The notes: generated by a model from the letters alone, not told the origin. Positions 52,526 to 63,955 are shown, counted from the first letter of the stretch. The stretch is 64,000 bases of DNA from Candidatus Omnitrophota bacterium (GCA_030650275.1 JAUSEK010000008.1:811-64810), one strand, 5' to 3'. Translations and numbers: made by a program.

Positions 52526-52578
52526 CATATAAGAATTACATACCCAGGAATAACGGACGAGCTCGAAGAGCGAGTACG

Positions 52579-52714
52579 TGAAAGGGGTGTGGGGGAAACC
52601 TTCCCCCACGCTTTCGGGGTAACAGCGACCCCGCTGAGGCGGGGGAGCGCCATAGGGGCAGAGCCCCTTTGGGGAGTGAGACGAACAAAAACGAAGTTTT
52701 TGTGAGCGAACGAC
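52579..52714 (+). other. Structured multi-hairpin element, copy 2, abutting the tRNA 5' end
   Basis: Same order of hairpins and linkers as 52291..52451. Confidence 0.65.
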
Positions 52715-52792
52715 GGACTCATAGCTCAGTTTGGTTAGAGCGCTTCCTTCACATGGAAGAAGTCGTAGGTTCGAGTCCTACTGAGTCCACCA
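52715..52792 (+). tRNA. tRNA-Val(CAC)
   Basis: GGACTCA/TGAGTCC acceptor stem, CTTCC-TTCACAT-GGAAG anticodon arm, GGTTCGAGTCC, encoded CCA. Confidence 0.92.
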
Positions 52793-52807
52793 TTTAGAGG
52801 ACAACGC

Positions 52808-53533
52808 GTGACGACCATTTCAGTCAAAGACCAGATCAAAAGATTGGTTGAATTGCAGGCGATGGACGTCGAGGTTTACCGCTTCAAGGTCCAGCTGCGC
52901 GAAAAGCCCGCCGAGATCGAGGCGCTTGACGCCGAATGCGAGGCCAAAAAAGCAGGATTGAAACAACGGGAAGAGGAATTAAAAGCCATTCAGCTGGCGC
53001 AGAAGAACAATGAAGGGGAATTGAAGGTCAAGGAAGAGGCCATTGTCAAGGCCGACGGCCAATTGCTGCAGTTAAAGACCAATAAGGAATATCAGATCAA
53101 ACTTTTAGAGATCGAAAGCATCAAGGCCGACAAATCGTTGATCGAGGAAAAGATCCTGTTGGGCTTTGATCAGGTGGAAGCCGCGCGCAAGGCCGTGGAA
53201 GCCGAGCGCGCCCTTGTCGCGTCCCACGAAAAAGAATTTGCCGTCAGGAAAAAGAAGATCGAGGATGATATCGCCATTGCCCAGGACCAGATGAAGGTCA
53301 AGGAGTCCCAGCGCGGCCGGCTGACCCCGGACGTGCGTCCTGACCTGCTGGGGCGTTACGAGCGCATCCTGGAAAACAAGGAAGGCCTGGCCATTGTGCC
53401 GGTCGTGGACAACGCCTGCGGCGGGTGTTTCATGCATTTGACCGAGCAGCGCATTGACCAGATCAAACGCAGCGACCAGATCGTGACCTGCGACATGTGC
53501 GCCCGGATCGTGTACCTTCCGGACGACCTATGA
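52808..53533 (+). CDS. Coiled-coil C4 zinc-ribbon protein (DUF164/CT398-like)
   Basis: L..LQ..D start, KTNKEY, CGGC...CDMCARI. Confidence 0.88.
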   Translation: MTTISVKDQIKRLVELQAMDVEVYRFKVQLREKPAEIEALDAECEAKKAGLKQREEELKAIQLAQKNNEGELKVKEEAIVKADGQLLQLKTNKEYQIKLLEIESIKADKSLIEEKILLGFDQVEAARKAVEAERALVASHEKEFAVRKKKIEDDIAIAQDQMKVKESQRGRLTPDVRPDLLGRYERILENKEGLAIVPVVDNACGGCFMHLTEQRIDQIKRSDQIVTCDMCARIVYLPDDL

Positions 53534-53982
53534 AACTGGTCATTTTTACCGACGGAGGATGTTCCGGGAACCCCGGCCCCGCGGCCATCGGTGTGGTCAT
53601 CACCAAAAATGGCGCTGTCATCAGGGAAATTTCCAAAGTCATCGGCGAGGCCACCAATAATATCGCCGAATACACGGCTGTCATTTACGCGCTGCAGGAG
53701 GCCTTGATATTAAAAGCGCGCGATGTCCTGGTCAAGACGGACAGCGAGTTGATGGCCAGGCAATTGAACGGCCAGTATGCCGTCAAGCACGGCCATATCA
53801 AACCGCTCTTTGATCAAGTGAAACATTTGTATTCAGGGTTCAGATCGGTTGAAGTTGTGCACGTACCGCGTGAAGAAAACGCGCGCGCCGACCGGCTGGC
53901 CCGCAGGGCTCTTAAAGCAAATCAGGATGGCCGCTCCGATGCCTTTGGCGTCGGAGAGGAAAGTCCGAGCTCCGAAGGATAA
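53530..53982 (+). CDS. rnhA: Ribonuclease HI (archaeal/actinobacterial-like RNase HI family)
   Basis: FTDGGCSGNPGPA, TNNIAEY, DSEL..RQ, HVPREEN..AD.LA. Confidence 0.9.
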   Translation: MKLVIFTDGGCSGNPGPAAIGVVITKNGAVIREISKVIGEATNNIAEYTAVIYALQEALILKARDVLVKTDSELMARQLNGQYAVKHGHIKPLFDQVKHLYSGFRSVEVVHVPREENARADRLARRALKANQDGRSDAFGVGEESPSSEG

Positions 53983-54243
53983 TGCATCCCGGTAATGCGG
54001 GACCTCTGCCTGAAAACGGCGGAAGAGGATCAGAGCTACAGAGACGAGTCGCCCCGCCTATGGCGGGGCGGGTGAAACGAGCAATCTCTGCATGGAGCAA
54101 TGCCAAATAGGGGAAGATGAGGTGATCCGCCTCGCTATCATTCCCGGGTAGGCTGCCAGATATCCCGCCGCAAGGCGGGATGTTAGTCAAATGGCCATCC
54201 CCCTGTCAAAAGGGGAACAGAACTCGGCTTATGATTTGCTTTA
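53913..54243 (+). ncRNA. rnpB: RNase P RNA (type A-like)
   Basis: P1 TAAAGCAAATCA/TGATTTGCTTTA, GAGGAAAGTCCGAGCTCC, GGTGAAACG, GGAGCAA.GCCAAATAGG, ACAGAACTCGGCTTA. Confidence 0.95.
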
Positions 54244-54275
54244 TTTTTTGATCATCACCAAGGGAGGTCATTCGC

Positions 54276-55037
54276 ATGTCAGGACATTCAAAATGGGCAA
54301 AAATTAAACATAAAAAAGGCGCGGAAGACGCCAAGCGCGGCATGTTGTTCACCAAGCTGAGCAAGGAGATCACCGCGGCCGCCAAGGAAAAAGGCGGGAA
54401 CCAGGAGACGAATTTCCGCCTGCGCGCGGCTGTGGCCCGCGCCCGTGAATACAATATGCCCCAAAACAACGTCGAGAACGCCATTAAAAAAGGCACCGGT
54501 GAGATCCCGGGCATTGTCTTTGAAAATGTTGTCTTTGACGCGTACGGTCCCGGCGGTGTCGCCATGCTCATCGAGGGTTTGACCGACAACAAGAACCGCA
54601 CCACGGCGGAGATCCGCAATATTTTGAATAAAAAAGGCGGGTCCATGGCCGGCGGCGGAGCCACCGCGTTTTTGTTCTCCAAAAAAGGTTATTTTTCCGT
54701 TGAAAGATCCAAGGCCAGCGAGGACGCGGTCATGGAAACGGCGCTGGATGCCGGGGCGGAGGATATCACGACCGAAGATGATTCTTACGAGATCATTTGC
54801 GACTGGTCCGTGTTCGAAGCGGTCAGGAAAGCCCTGGAAGCCAAGAAGATCGAGACCGCCACCGCGGAGATCACCATGATCCCCAGCTCAACGGTCAAGG
54901 TGGAAGGCAATGACGCCAAACACATTTTAGATCTGATGGAAACGCTGGAAGATCACGAAGACATCCAGCGCGTCTACGCGAATTTTGATATTTCCGATGA
55001 GGAAATGGCTAAGGTCACCGCCGATCATACTGACTAA
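54276..55037 (+). CDS. yebC: YebC/PmpR family protein
   Basis: MSGHSKWAKIKHKKG, YGPGG, TDNKNRT, DIQRVYAN. Confidence 0.95.
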   Translation: MSGHSKWAKIKHKKGAEDAKRGMLFTKLSKEITAAAKEKGGNQETNFRLRAAVARAREYNMPQNNVENAIKKGTGEIPGIVFENVVFDAYGPGGVAMLIEGLTDNKNRTTAEIRNILNKKGGSMAGGGATAFLFSKKGYFSVERSKASEDAVMETALDAGAEDITTEDDSYEIICDWSVFEAVRKALEAKKIETATAEITMIPSSTVKVEGNDAKHILDLMETLEDHEDIQRVYANFDISDEEMAKVTADHTD

Positions 55038-55049
55038 AGAAAGCGTTCT

Positions 55050-55538
55050 ATGCGGATCCTAGGCGTTGATCCGGGCTTGAAAGCCACCGGCTATGGGGTG
55101 ATCGACTTGGGGCGGGGGGCCCGCGTCCGGGTCCTTGAGGCCGGCACCATTGAGCCCGACCCCAAAGCCGCTTTTGCCGAACGCATCGCCCGTGTCCATC
55201 AGCATATCGGCGCGTTGCTGGCGGCCCACAAACCCGACGTGGTGGTCCTGGAAAAATTATACGCCCATACCAAACACCCCACGACGGCTTGCGTTTTAGG
55301 GCATGTGCGCGGGGTCATTTGTTTGAGCACGGCCCAGCACAAGGTCGCGCTCATTGAATACAGCGTCAAGCGCGTGCGTCAAGCGCTGGTCGGCAACGGC
55401 AACGCGACTAAATTGCAGGTGCAGGCCTTCGTGAAACGGCTTTTGAGGATCGAAGGGACCGAAATGGCGCTGGATGCCAGCGACGCGCTGGCATTGGCCC
55501 TGGGTCACGCGCACATGCTGAAATTCAAATTGTTCTGA
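55050..55538 (+). CDS. ruvC: Crossover junction endodeoxyribonuclease RuvC
   Basis: ILGVDPG..TGYG, E, RGV, GNGNATK.QV, DASDALA. Confidence 0.93.
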   Translation: MRILGVDPGLKATGYGVIDLGRGARVRVLEAGTIEPDPKAAFAERIARVHQHIGALLAAHKPDVVVLEKLYAHTKHPTTACVLGHVRGVICLSTAQHKVALIEYSVKRVRQALVGNGNATKLQVQAFVKRLLRIEGTEMALDASDALALALGHAHMLKFKLF

Positions 55539-55567
55539 GATTCTTCGGCCTATGGCCTCAGAATGAC
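55537..55567. repeat. GAGATTCT..AGAATGAC palindromic element overlapping the ruvC stop
   Basis: GAGATTCTTCGGCCTATGGCCTCAGAATGAC. Confidence 0.6.
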
Positions 55568-55584
55568 CTTTATTGAGGTTAATC

Positions 55585-56211
55585 ATGATTTCCGCCATTG
55601 CAGGAAAGGTCACGGAGACAAAAGACAATACCCTCGTCATCGCCTGCGGGGCTTTGAGTTACGAGGTGCTGGTACCGTTGTCTGTGCTGCAGAGGGTCCA
55701 AGAAAACCAAGATAGCGATGGCAATGTCCGGCTAATTACGTATCATTATTTACAGGTGTCCCCGTCCAGCGCTTCACCGGTACTGGTGGGTTTTTTCAAC
55801 AAACTTGAGCGGGATTTCTTCCTGGAATTCATCAAGGTTTCAGGTATCGGCCCGCGCGCCGCGGTCAAGGCCCTGAACAAAAGCATCGGCGAGATCGCCC
55901 AGGCCATTGACCGGGGCGACACCGCGTATTTGAGGACCCTGCCCGGCATCGGTTTGCAGAGGGCCAAGGAGATCGTCGCCAAACTGCAGGGCAAGATGGG
56001 CGGCTTTACGCTCATGCGCGACAAGGTTTCTGAGCCCGTTGGGGCGCAAAAGGCCGGCCTGAAAGAGGAAGCGTTGGCCATCTTATTGCAATTGCAATAC
56101 AAGCGCCCGGAAGCCGAGGCCATGATCGAGGCGGCCCTCAAACGCGCCGCAGAGATACAAACGTCCCAGGAATTGTTGAACGAAATTTACAAACAAAGGA
56201 CCACGGTGTGA
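55585..56211 (+). CDS. ruvA: Holliday junction branch migration protein RuvA
   Basis: MISAIAG, VSGIGPRAA, LPGIG..AKEI HhH motifs. Confidence 0.9.
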   Translation: MISAIAGKVTETKDNTLVIACGALSYEVLVPLSVLQRVQENQDSDGNVRLITYHYLQVSPSSASPVLVGFFNKLERDFFLEFIKVSGIGPRAAVKALNKSIGEIAQAIDRGDTAYLRTLPGIGLQRAKEIVAKLQGKMGGFTLMRDKVSEPVGAQKAGLKEEALAILLQLQYKRPEAEAMIEAALKRAAEIQTSQELLNEIYKQRTTV

Positions 56212-56834
56212 TGGAACAGCCCGAAGATCAGCATTACAAAAGCGCCATGGAAGCGCTGTTGTTCGTCAGCGACAAGCCGGTGGTTTTAGACCAGCTCAAA
56301 CAGGTCTTTCCCCAATTGACGCCGTCCGTCCTTGAGGACCTGCTGCGCCGATTGCAGGATGAATATGCCGCCCGCGACGCGGGCATGGTCGTCGTTGAGA
56401 TCGCCGGGGGCTGGCAGATGCTGTCCAACAGCCACGCGGCATCTTACATCCGCGAGTTTTACAAGACGCGCACCAAGGAAAAATTGTCCCGTCCGGCCCT
56501 GGAATGCCTGGCCATTGTCGCGTATAAACAGCCGGTGGGCCGCGGCGAGGTGGAGGCCATCCGCGGGGTCAATTCCGACGGGACTATCGCGCATCTTTTG
56601 AACAAGGGGCTTGTCAGGATCGTGGGCCGCAGGGAAGTGCCGGGCCGCCCGTTTTTGTACGGCACCACGAAAGAATTTTTGGAATATTTCGGTTTGAAGT
56701 CGCTGGAGGACATCCCCAAGATCGAGGCATTGTCTTTGCCGTTACAGCCGGAGATCGGGGAGGAAATGAACCTGGAAGCCGCCGGTCAGGAAACGAGCGG
56801 TCAGTCACGCGTGACCCAAGAGGAGCAAAAATAA
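56208..56834 (+). CDS. scpB: SMC-Scp complex subunit ScpB
   Basis: EALLF, LSRPALE.LAIVAYKQP, IRGV, PGRP.LYGTT..FL.YFGL. Confidence 0.93.
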   Translation: MMEQPEDQHYKSAMEALLFVSDKPVVLDQLKQVFPQLTPSVLEDLLRRLQDEYAARDAGMVVVEIAGGWQMLSNSHAASYIREFYKTRTKEKLSRPALECLAIVAYKQPVGRGEVEAIRGVNSDGTIAHLLNKGLVRIVGRREVPGRPFLYGTTKEFLEYFGLKSLEDIPKIEALSLPLQPEIGEEMNLEAAGQETSGQSRVTQEEQK

Positions 56835-57901
56835 TGGACTTGACCCATTTGCGTAAGAAAATAGATTTTTTGGACGCCCGGATCGTCGCGCTTCTTAACG
56901 AGCGCGCCGGCATTACTTTGTCCATTGGTCAAGAAAAGCTTAAGAACAAGAGATCTATTTATGCGCCTGAACGCGAGAAACAGGTTTTGGCCCGTATCAG
57001 AGGGTTAAATCAAGGCCCGCTGTCAAAGCAATCTTTGGAGGCGGTCTATCGGGAGATCATGTCCGGTTCTTTGTCTTTGGAAAAGTCTTTGCGGATCGCT
57101 CATTTAGGGCCAAAGGCCTCGTATACACAGATGGCGGCTTTAAGAAAATTCGGACGGTCCGTTGAATATATCACCTGTGACAACATTCCGGATGTTTTCA
57201 ACCGGGTTGAGCATGGTGATTGTGATTATGGTGTTGTACCCGTCGAGAATTCTAATGAAGGCGCCGTAACGCACACATTCGACATGCTGGTTGATTCTGA
57301 TCTGAAAATATGTTCGCAGACCCTGATGCCCATCGCTCATCATCTTCTGGCGAACGTATCCATGAACAAGATCAGGCAAATTTATTCTAATCCCCAAGTA
57401 TTCGGTCAATGCCGTCAGTGGCTTATGGTGAATATGCCTAAGGCGGAATTGATCGATGCCGTTTCTTCAGCAAGGGCCGCGCAGATAACAGCCAAGAAGA
57501 AGAATGCGGCGTGCATTGCTTCGGAATTAGCGGCGCAGGTGTATGGGCTTAAGATCCTTAAGAGAAATATCCAGGACAATAACGCCCATAACATCACACG
57601 TTTCCTTGTGCTGTCCAAGGCGGACGCTGGGCCCACGGGCCGCGACCGCACGTCGCTGGTTTTCTCCATCAAGGACAAGGTCGGCGCTTTGCATGCCATG
57701 CTCACACCGTTCTATAAAAATAAGATCAACCTGACCAAGATAGAATCCCGGCCTTCAAAAAAGAAGGCCTGGGATTATTATTTCTTCGTGGATTGCGAAG
57801 GCCACCAGAAGGACAAGGCCGTGGCCCGCGCCCTCGGCCAGCTCGAGGGGATGTGCAAATTTATGAAGATCCTGGGCTCTTATCCGGCATTGGACCAATG
57901 A
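56834..57901 (+). CDS. pheA: Chorismate mutase/prephenate dehydratase
   Basis: LRKKID..D..I.ALLNERA, VPVENS.EG, NITRF, NLTKIESRP. Confidence 0.93.
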   Translation: MDLTHLRKKIDFLDARIVALLNERAGITLSIGQEKLKNKRSIYAPEREKQVLARIRGLNQGPLSKQSLEAVYREIMSGSLSLEKSLRIAHLGPKASYTQMAALRKFGRSVEYITCDNIPDVFNRVEHGDCDYGVVPVENSNEGAVTHTFDMLVDSDLKICSQTLMPIAHHLLANVSMNKIRQIYSNPQVFGQCRQWLMVNMPKAELIDAVSSARAAQITAKKKNAACIASELAAQVYGLKILKRNIQDNNAHNITRFLVLSKADAGPTGRDRTSLVFSIKDKVGALHAMLTPFYKNKINLTKIESRPSKKKAWDYYFFVDCEGHQKDKAVARALGQLEGMCKFMKILGSYPALDQ

Positions 57902-58977
57902 AGGTCGCGCGCCAAAGCATATTGTCCGTCAAGCCCTATGTGGGCGGTCAACCCATTGCCGACGTTAAGCGGGAACTGGGCTTAAAAAGCGTCATCAAAC
58001 TCGCCTCCAACGAGAACCCTTATCCGCCTTCGCCAAAGGTGTTGGCGGCCATTGCCCGGGCGGCCAGGGACGTCAACCGTTATCCCGACGGCAATTGTTA
58101 TGAACTGCGCCGTGTTCTGGCCAAACGTCTGGGTGTTGTGCCCGGGCAATTGGTCTTCGGCAACGGGTCGGATGAGATCATTGTCATGGCGGTCAGGGCC
58201 TTCGTGCGCGAGGGGGACGAGGTTGTTATCGCCAAACCGTCGTTTTTGGTCTACGATCTTGCATCCCGTATCGCCGGGGCCAGGGTCAGGGAAGTCGCGC
58301 TTAAAAATTTCCGTTACGATCTGGAGGGCATGAAACGCGCCGTCAACAAACGCACCAAGATCGTTTTTATCGGCAATCCCGATAATCCGGCAGGGACCTA
58401 TGTCACCCTCCAACAGATCAAAGCGTTTCTCAAAGGGGTTTCGCGCGACGTTCTGGTGTTCATGGATGAGGCCTATTTTGAATACGTCCGCGCCAAGGAT
58501 TATCCCAACGGTATCCGCTTGATCGCCGGACACCCCAATGTGGTGGTCACGCGCACCTTCTCCAAGATGTATGGTCTGGCGGCCTTGCGCGTGGGTTATG
58601 GCGTGGCACAGCCGGCGGTGATCGATATTTTAAACCGCGTGCGCGAGCCGTTCAACGTCAATGCCTTGGCCCAGAGCGCGGCTGTTGCCGCTTTAAAGGA
58701 CCGCGCTTATTATGCCAGGATCGCCGACGATATTGAGGCCCAGCGCCGATTTCTGTACCGCGCCTTAACGGCCCTGGGAGTTGAATACATTGAAAGTTTT
58801 ACCAATTTTATTTTGGTCCGCACAGGGGACGGTGCGGCAGCGGCCCGGGCGCTTTTGAAAAAAGGCGTCATCGTGCGCGACATGAGCGCGTGGGGATTAA
58901 AAGGGTATATCCGTGTCTCTTTGGGGACATCGGCCGAGAATAAACGGTTCATTAAGACATTGGGAGCGATCTTATGA
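57898..58977 (+). CDS. hisC: Histidinol-phosphate/aromatic aminotransferase
   Basis: KLASNENP, RYPD, GNGSDE, NPDNP.G, DEAY, RTFSKMYGLAALRVGY. Confidence 0.93.
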   Translation: MKVARQSILSVKPYVGGQPIADVKRELGLKSVIKLASNENPYPPSPKVLAAIARAARDVNRYPDGNCYELRRVLAKRLGVVPGQLVFGNGSDEIIVMAVRAFVREGDEVVIAKPSFLVYDLASRIAGARVREVALKNFRYDLEGMKRAVNKRTKIVFIGNPDNPAGTYVTLQQIKAFLKGVSRDVLVFMDEAYFEYVRAKDYPNGIRLIAGHPNVVVTRTFSKMYGLAALRVGYGVAQPAVIDILNRVREPFNVNALAQSAAVAALKDRAYYARIADDIEAQRRFLYRALTALGVEYIESFTNFILVRTGDGAAAARALLKKGVIVRDMSAWGLKGYIRVSLGTSAENKRFIKTLGAIL

Positions 58978-59990
58978 TCATCATTTTAAATCCGGACGCC
59001 ACCGAGGCGCAGATCCAGCACATCGTTGATCGGGCCGGCAAATTGGGCCTGAAGTCCAATATTTCCCGCGGGGTCGAGCGCACGGTCATCGGGTTCATCG
59101 GGCCGGAGGATGCCTTGCGGGTCATTCCGCTGGAAGTGTTTCCCGGCGTGGACCAGGTCATGCAGGTTTTGGCCCCGTATAAACTTGTGTCCCGCGAATT
59201 CAAAAAACAGGACACGGTCATCAAACTTAAAGGCGGAGTCGCCGTCGGAGGCAAGAAGATCGTGGTCATGGCCGGGCCCTGTTCCGTGGAAGGGTATGAG
59301 CCGCTGTTGTCGGTGGCCAAAAAGGTCAAGGCCCTGGGGGCCACGGTTTTGCGCGGCGGCGCTTTCAAACCGCGTACCTCGCCCTATGATTTTCAGGGTC
59401 TGGGCGAAGAGGGCCTGAAGATCCTGCAGCGGGTGGGCAAGGAAACAGGGCTGTGCACCATCTCCGAGGTCATGGACACGCGTCAGGTTGACCTGGTCGC
59501 CAGATATGTTGATGTTCTGCAGATCGGCGCGCGCAATATCCAGAACTTCGCGCTTTTAAAGGAAGTGGGCCTGATCAAAAAGCCGGTGATGCTCAAGCGC
59601 GGCATGAGCACGACGGTGAAAGAATGGCTCATGTCCGCCGAATATCTTTTAGCCAACGGCAATTTTGACGTCATGCTCTGTGAGCGCGGCATACGCACCT
59701 TTGAGACCTCCACCCGCAATACTCTGGACGTCAACGCGGTGGCTGTGGCCAAGAAACTCACCCATTTGCCCGTGGTGGTTGACCCAAGCCATGCCACCGG
59801 CCATTGGCAATACGTGGCCGCGGGCGCGCGCGCGGGCATTGCCGCCGGATGCGACGCGATCATGGTGGAGGTCCACGACAACCCCGAAGAGGCGCTTTCC
59901 GACGGGGCCCAGTCATTGAGGCCGGACAAATTCCAGGAACTCATGGTGTCCTGCCGGCGCGTGGCCCAGGCCGTGGACAGGGAAATTTAA
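58974..59990 (+). CDS. aroF: DAHP synthase (type I-beta with ACT domain)
   Basis: AGPCSVE, GGAFKPRTSPY, QIGARN, KRG, CERGIRTFE, DPSH. Confidence 0.93.
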   Translation: MIIILNPDATEAQIQHIVDRAGKLGLKSNISRGVERTVIGFIGPEDALRVIPLEVFPGVDQVMQVLAPYKLVSREFKKQDTVIKLKGGVAVGGKKIVVMAGPCSVEGYEPLLSVAKKVKALGATVLRGGAFKPRTSPYDFQGLGEEGLKILQRVGKETGLCTISEVMDTRQVDLVARYVDVLQIGARNIQNFALLKEVGLIKKPVMLKRGMSTTVKEWLMSAEYLLANGNFDVMLCERGIRTFETSTRNTLDVNAVAVAKKLTHLPVVVDPSHATGHWQYVAAGARAGIAAGCDAIMVEVHDNPEEALSDGAQSLRPDKFQELMVSCRRVAQAVDREI

Positions 59991-59991
59991 C

Positions 59992-60864
59992 ATGTTCATC
60001 CGCAAACAATTGTTCCGCAGGGTCGCCATCGTCGGGGCCGGTTTCATGGGCGCGTCCTTAGGATTGGCCATCAAAAAACACGGGTTGGCCAAAGAGATCA
60101 TCGGCATCGGCCGGCACGAAACGTCCCTGCGCGAAGCCGTGGATGTAAAAGCCATTGACGAAAGCACCATGGACCTCAAAAAAGGCATCAACGGTGCTGA
60201 CCTGATCGTGCTCGCCGCTCCGATCTCCGGAATTCTGGACACCCTGGATATTCTGGGCAAAGATCTCAGGCGCGGCGGGGTCATTGTCACCGATGTGGGC
60301 AGCACCAAAGCCGCTGTCGTGGACAAGGCCGAGAAGGTCCTGCATCCTTCGGTGCTGTTCGTCGGTTCGCATCCCCTGGTCGGTTCAGAGAAAAAGGGAC
60401 CGGCCTGTGCCAGCGATAAGCTTTATGAAGGCGCTGTTTGCATTATGACGCCGACGGAGAAGACCAATCGCCTGGCCAAGGACAAGATGAAACATTTTTG
60501 GGGGCAGTTGGGTTGCCAGGTGAAAATGATGGCGCCCCATGAACACGACGAGGCCCTTGCTTATGTCAGCCATTTGCCGCATCTGTCCGCGTTCGCCATC
60601 ATCAAGGCCATTCCCGACCAGTTTTTGGAATACGCGGCGCAGGGGCTCAAAGACACCACCCGTGTGGCCACCTCGGACCCCGAGGTGTGGCGGGACATTG
60701 CCTTGTCCAATCCCAAACATGTCCTTAAGTCCCTTGATGAGATGGTCCGCGCGATCGCCGTGATGCGCAAGGCGATCGTCGGCAAAGACCGTGAGGCCCT
60801 GGTCGAGCTTTTCCGTCAGGCCAAGGCCAGGCGCGAACGCATTGAAAAATCCCATGGCAGCTAA
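59992..60864 (+). CDS. tyrA: Prephenate/arogenate dehydrogenase
   Basis: GAGFMGAS, TDVGSTK, HPLVGSE, HD..LAYVSHLPH, DTTRVA. Confidence 0.92.
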   Translation: MFIRKQLFRRVAIVGAGFMGASLGLAIKKHGLAKEIIGIGRHETSLREAVDVKAIDESTMDLKKGINGADLIVLAAPISGILDTLDILGKDLRRGGVIVTDVGSTKAAVVDKAEKVLHPSVLFVGSHPLVGSEKKGPACASDKLYEGAVCIMTPTEKTNRLAKDKMKHFWGQLGCQVKMMAPHEHDEALAYVSHLPHLSAFAIIKAIPDQFLEYAAQGLKDTTRVATSDPEVWRDIALSNPKHVLKSLDEMVRAIAVMRKAIVGKDREALVELFRQAKARRERIEKSHGS

Positions 60865-61521
60865 ACGTTTGACCATCACGCTCGATGGGCCTGCGGGCGC
60901 CGGCAAAAGCACGGCGGCCCAGGCCCTGGCCAAGCGGTTGGGGATCTCTTATCTGGACACCGGGGCCATGTACCGCGCGTTGACGCTCAAAGGCCTGCGC
61001 GCCGGCATTGACCTGGCCGATGAAAACGCGCTGGCCGCTTTGGCTAAGCGCACGCGCATTGATTTCAAGGAAATGCCCGACGGCACGCTGAATGTCACCC
61101 TGGACGGGGTGGACGTGTCGCGCCAGATCCGCACGATCCAGGTGACCAACAATACTTTTTACGCGGCACGGGCCCCTAAAGTCAGAAAGATCCTGGTGGC
61201 CCGCCAAAGACAGATCGGTCTTAAGCGTTCTTTGGTCGGCGACGGCAGGGACCTGGGGACCGTGGTTTTTCCCAAAGCCGATTACAAATTTTATCTGGAT
61301 GCTGATTTTGAGGAACGCGTGCAGCGCCGCCTGCGGGACCTGAAGGTCGCCCATAAGACGGTGGACAAGGCCCAGCTGCGCGCGGACATGAAAGAGCGTG
61401 ACCACAAAGATCTTTCCCGCACCATCGGCCCTTTAAAAAAAGCCAAGGACGCCATTGTCATCGACTCGTCGGGCCTGACCGTCGAGACCACGGTGGACAA
61501 GATCATGCGCCACATATCCCG

Positions 61522-61525
<4 letters not shown>
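60854..61525 (+). CDS. cmk: Cytidylate kinase
   Basis: DGPAGAGKST, LDTGAMYR, DGRDLGTVVFP, ERD..D. Confidence 0.95.
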
Positions 61526-63312
<1,787 letters not shown>

Positions 63313-63313
63313 T

Positions 63314-63955
63314 ATGTCACACGTCAAGCCCAAGAGTGTTATTAGAGAATGGGTCGAATCCGTCCTGATCGCGCTGGTGCTGGCCGCGTTCATCCGCAGT
63401 TATTTCATCCAGCCCTTTAAAATTCCCAGCGGGTCCATGCGCATGACCCTCATTGAGGGGGACCATTTGTTCGTCGACAAATGGCATTATGGTCCCAACC
63501 TTTTGCCGGAGATCCACTCGCCGGATTTTTTAAGGTCCGTCATTGACATCCAGTGGCCGGATGCCTTAAAGCCGTTGGTCAAGGTCCGCCTGCCCGGTTT
63601 CGGCGCGCCGCGGCGGGGGGACGTGATCGTGTTCAGTTATCCCAATGACCGCACCAAGGATTTCATCAAACGCCTGATCGCTTTGCCCGGGGAAACCGTT
63701 GAGATCAAGGACGGCAATATCCTCATCAACGGGCAAATGGTGGATGATCCGCGCATCAAGAACGTTTATTATTACAACCGGGGGGATTATGGCACGACGT
63801 CGGTCGCTGTTCCCCAGGGACATTATTTCGTTCTGGGGGACAATAGCGCTTCCAGCCATGACAGCCGGTATTGGGGCTTTGTTCCGGCCGAGGACGTGGT
63901 GGGCAGGGCTGATCTCATCTTCTGGCCTTTCGATCGGGTGAGATTCATTCAATGA
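63314..63955 (+). CDS. lepB: Signal peptidase I
   Basis: IPSGSM, GD.LFV.K, FIKRLI..PGE, GDN..S.DSRYWG. Confidence 0.95.
   Translation: MSHVKPKSVIREWVESVLIALVLAAFIRSYFIQPFKIPSGSMRMTLIEGDHLFVDKWHYGPNLLPEIHSPDFLRSVIDIQWPDALKPLVKVRLPGFGAPRRGDVIVFSYPNDRTKDFIKRLIALPGETVEIKDGNILINGQMVDDPRIKNVYYYNRGDYGTTSVAVPQGHYFVLGDNSASSHDSRYWGFVPAEDVVGRADLIFWPFDRVRFIQ

Noticed and set aside
52418-52722. ORFs of 95 aa (+) and 83 aa (-) in the tRNA region
   Set aside because: They overlap a clear tRNA and the hairpin elements, with no protein-like features.
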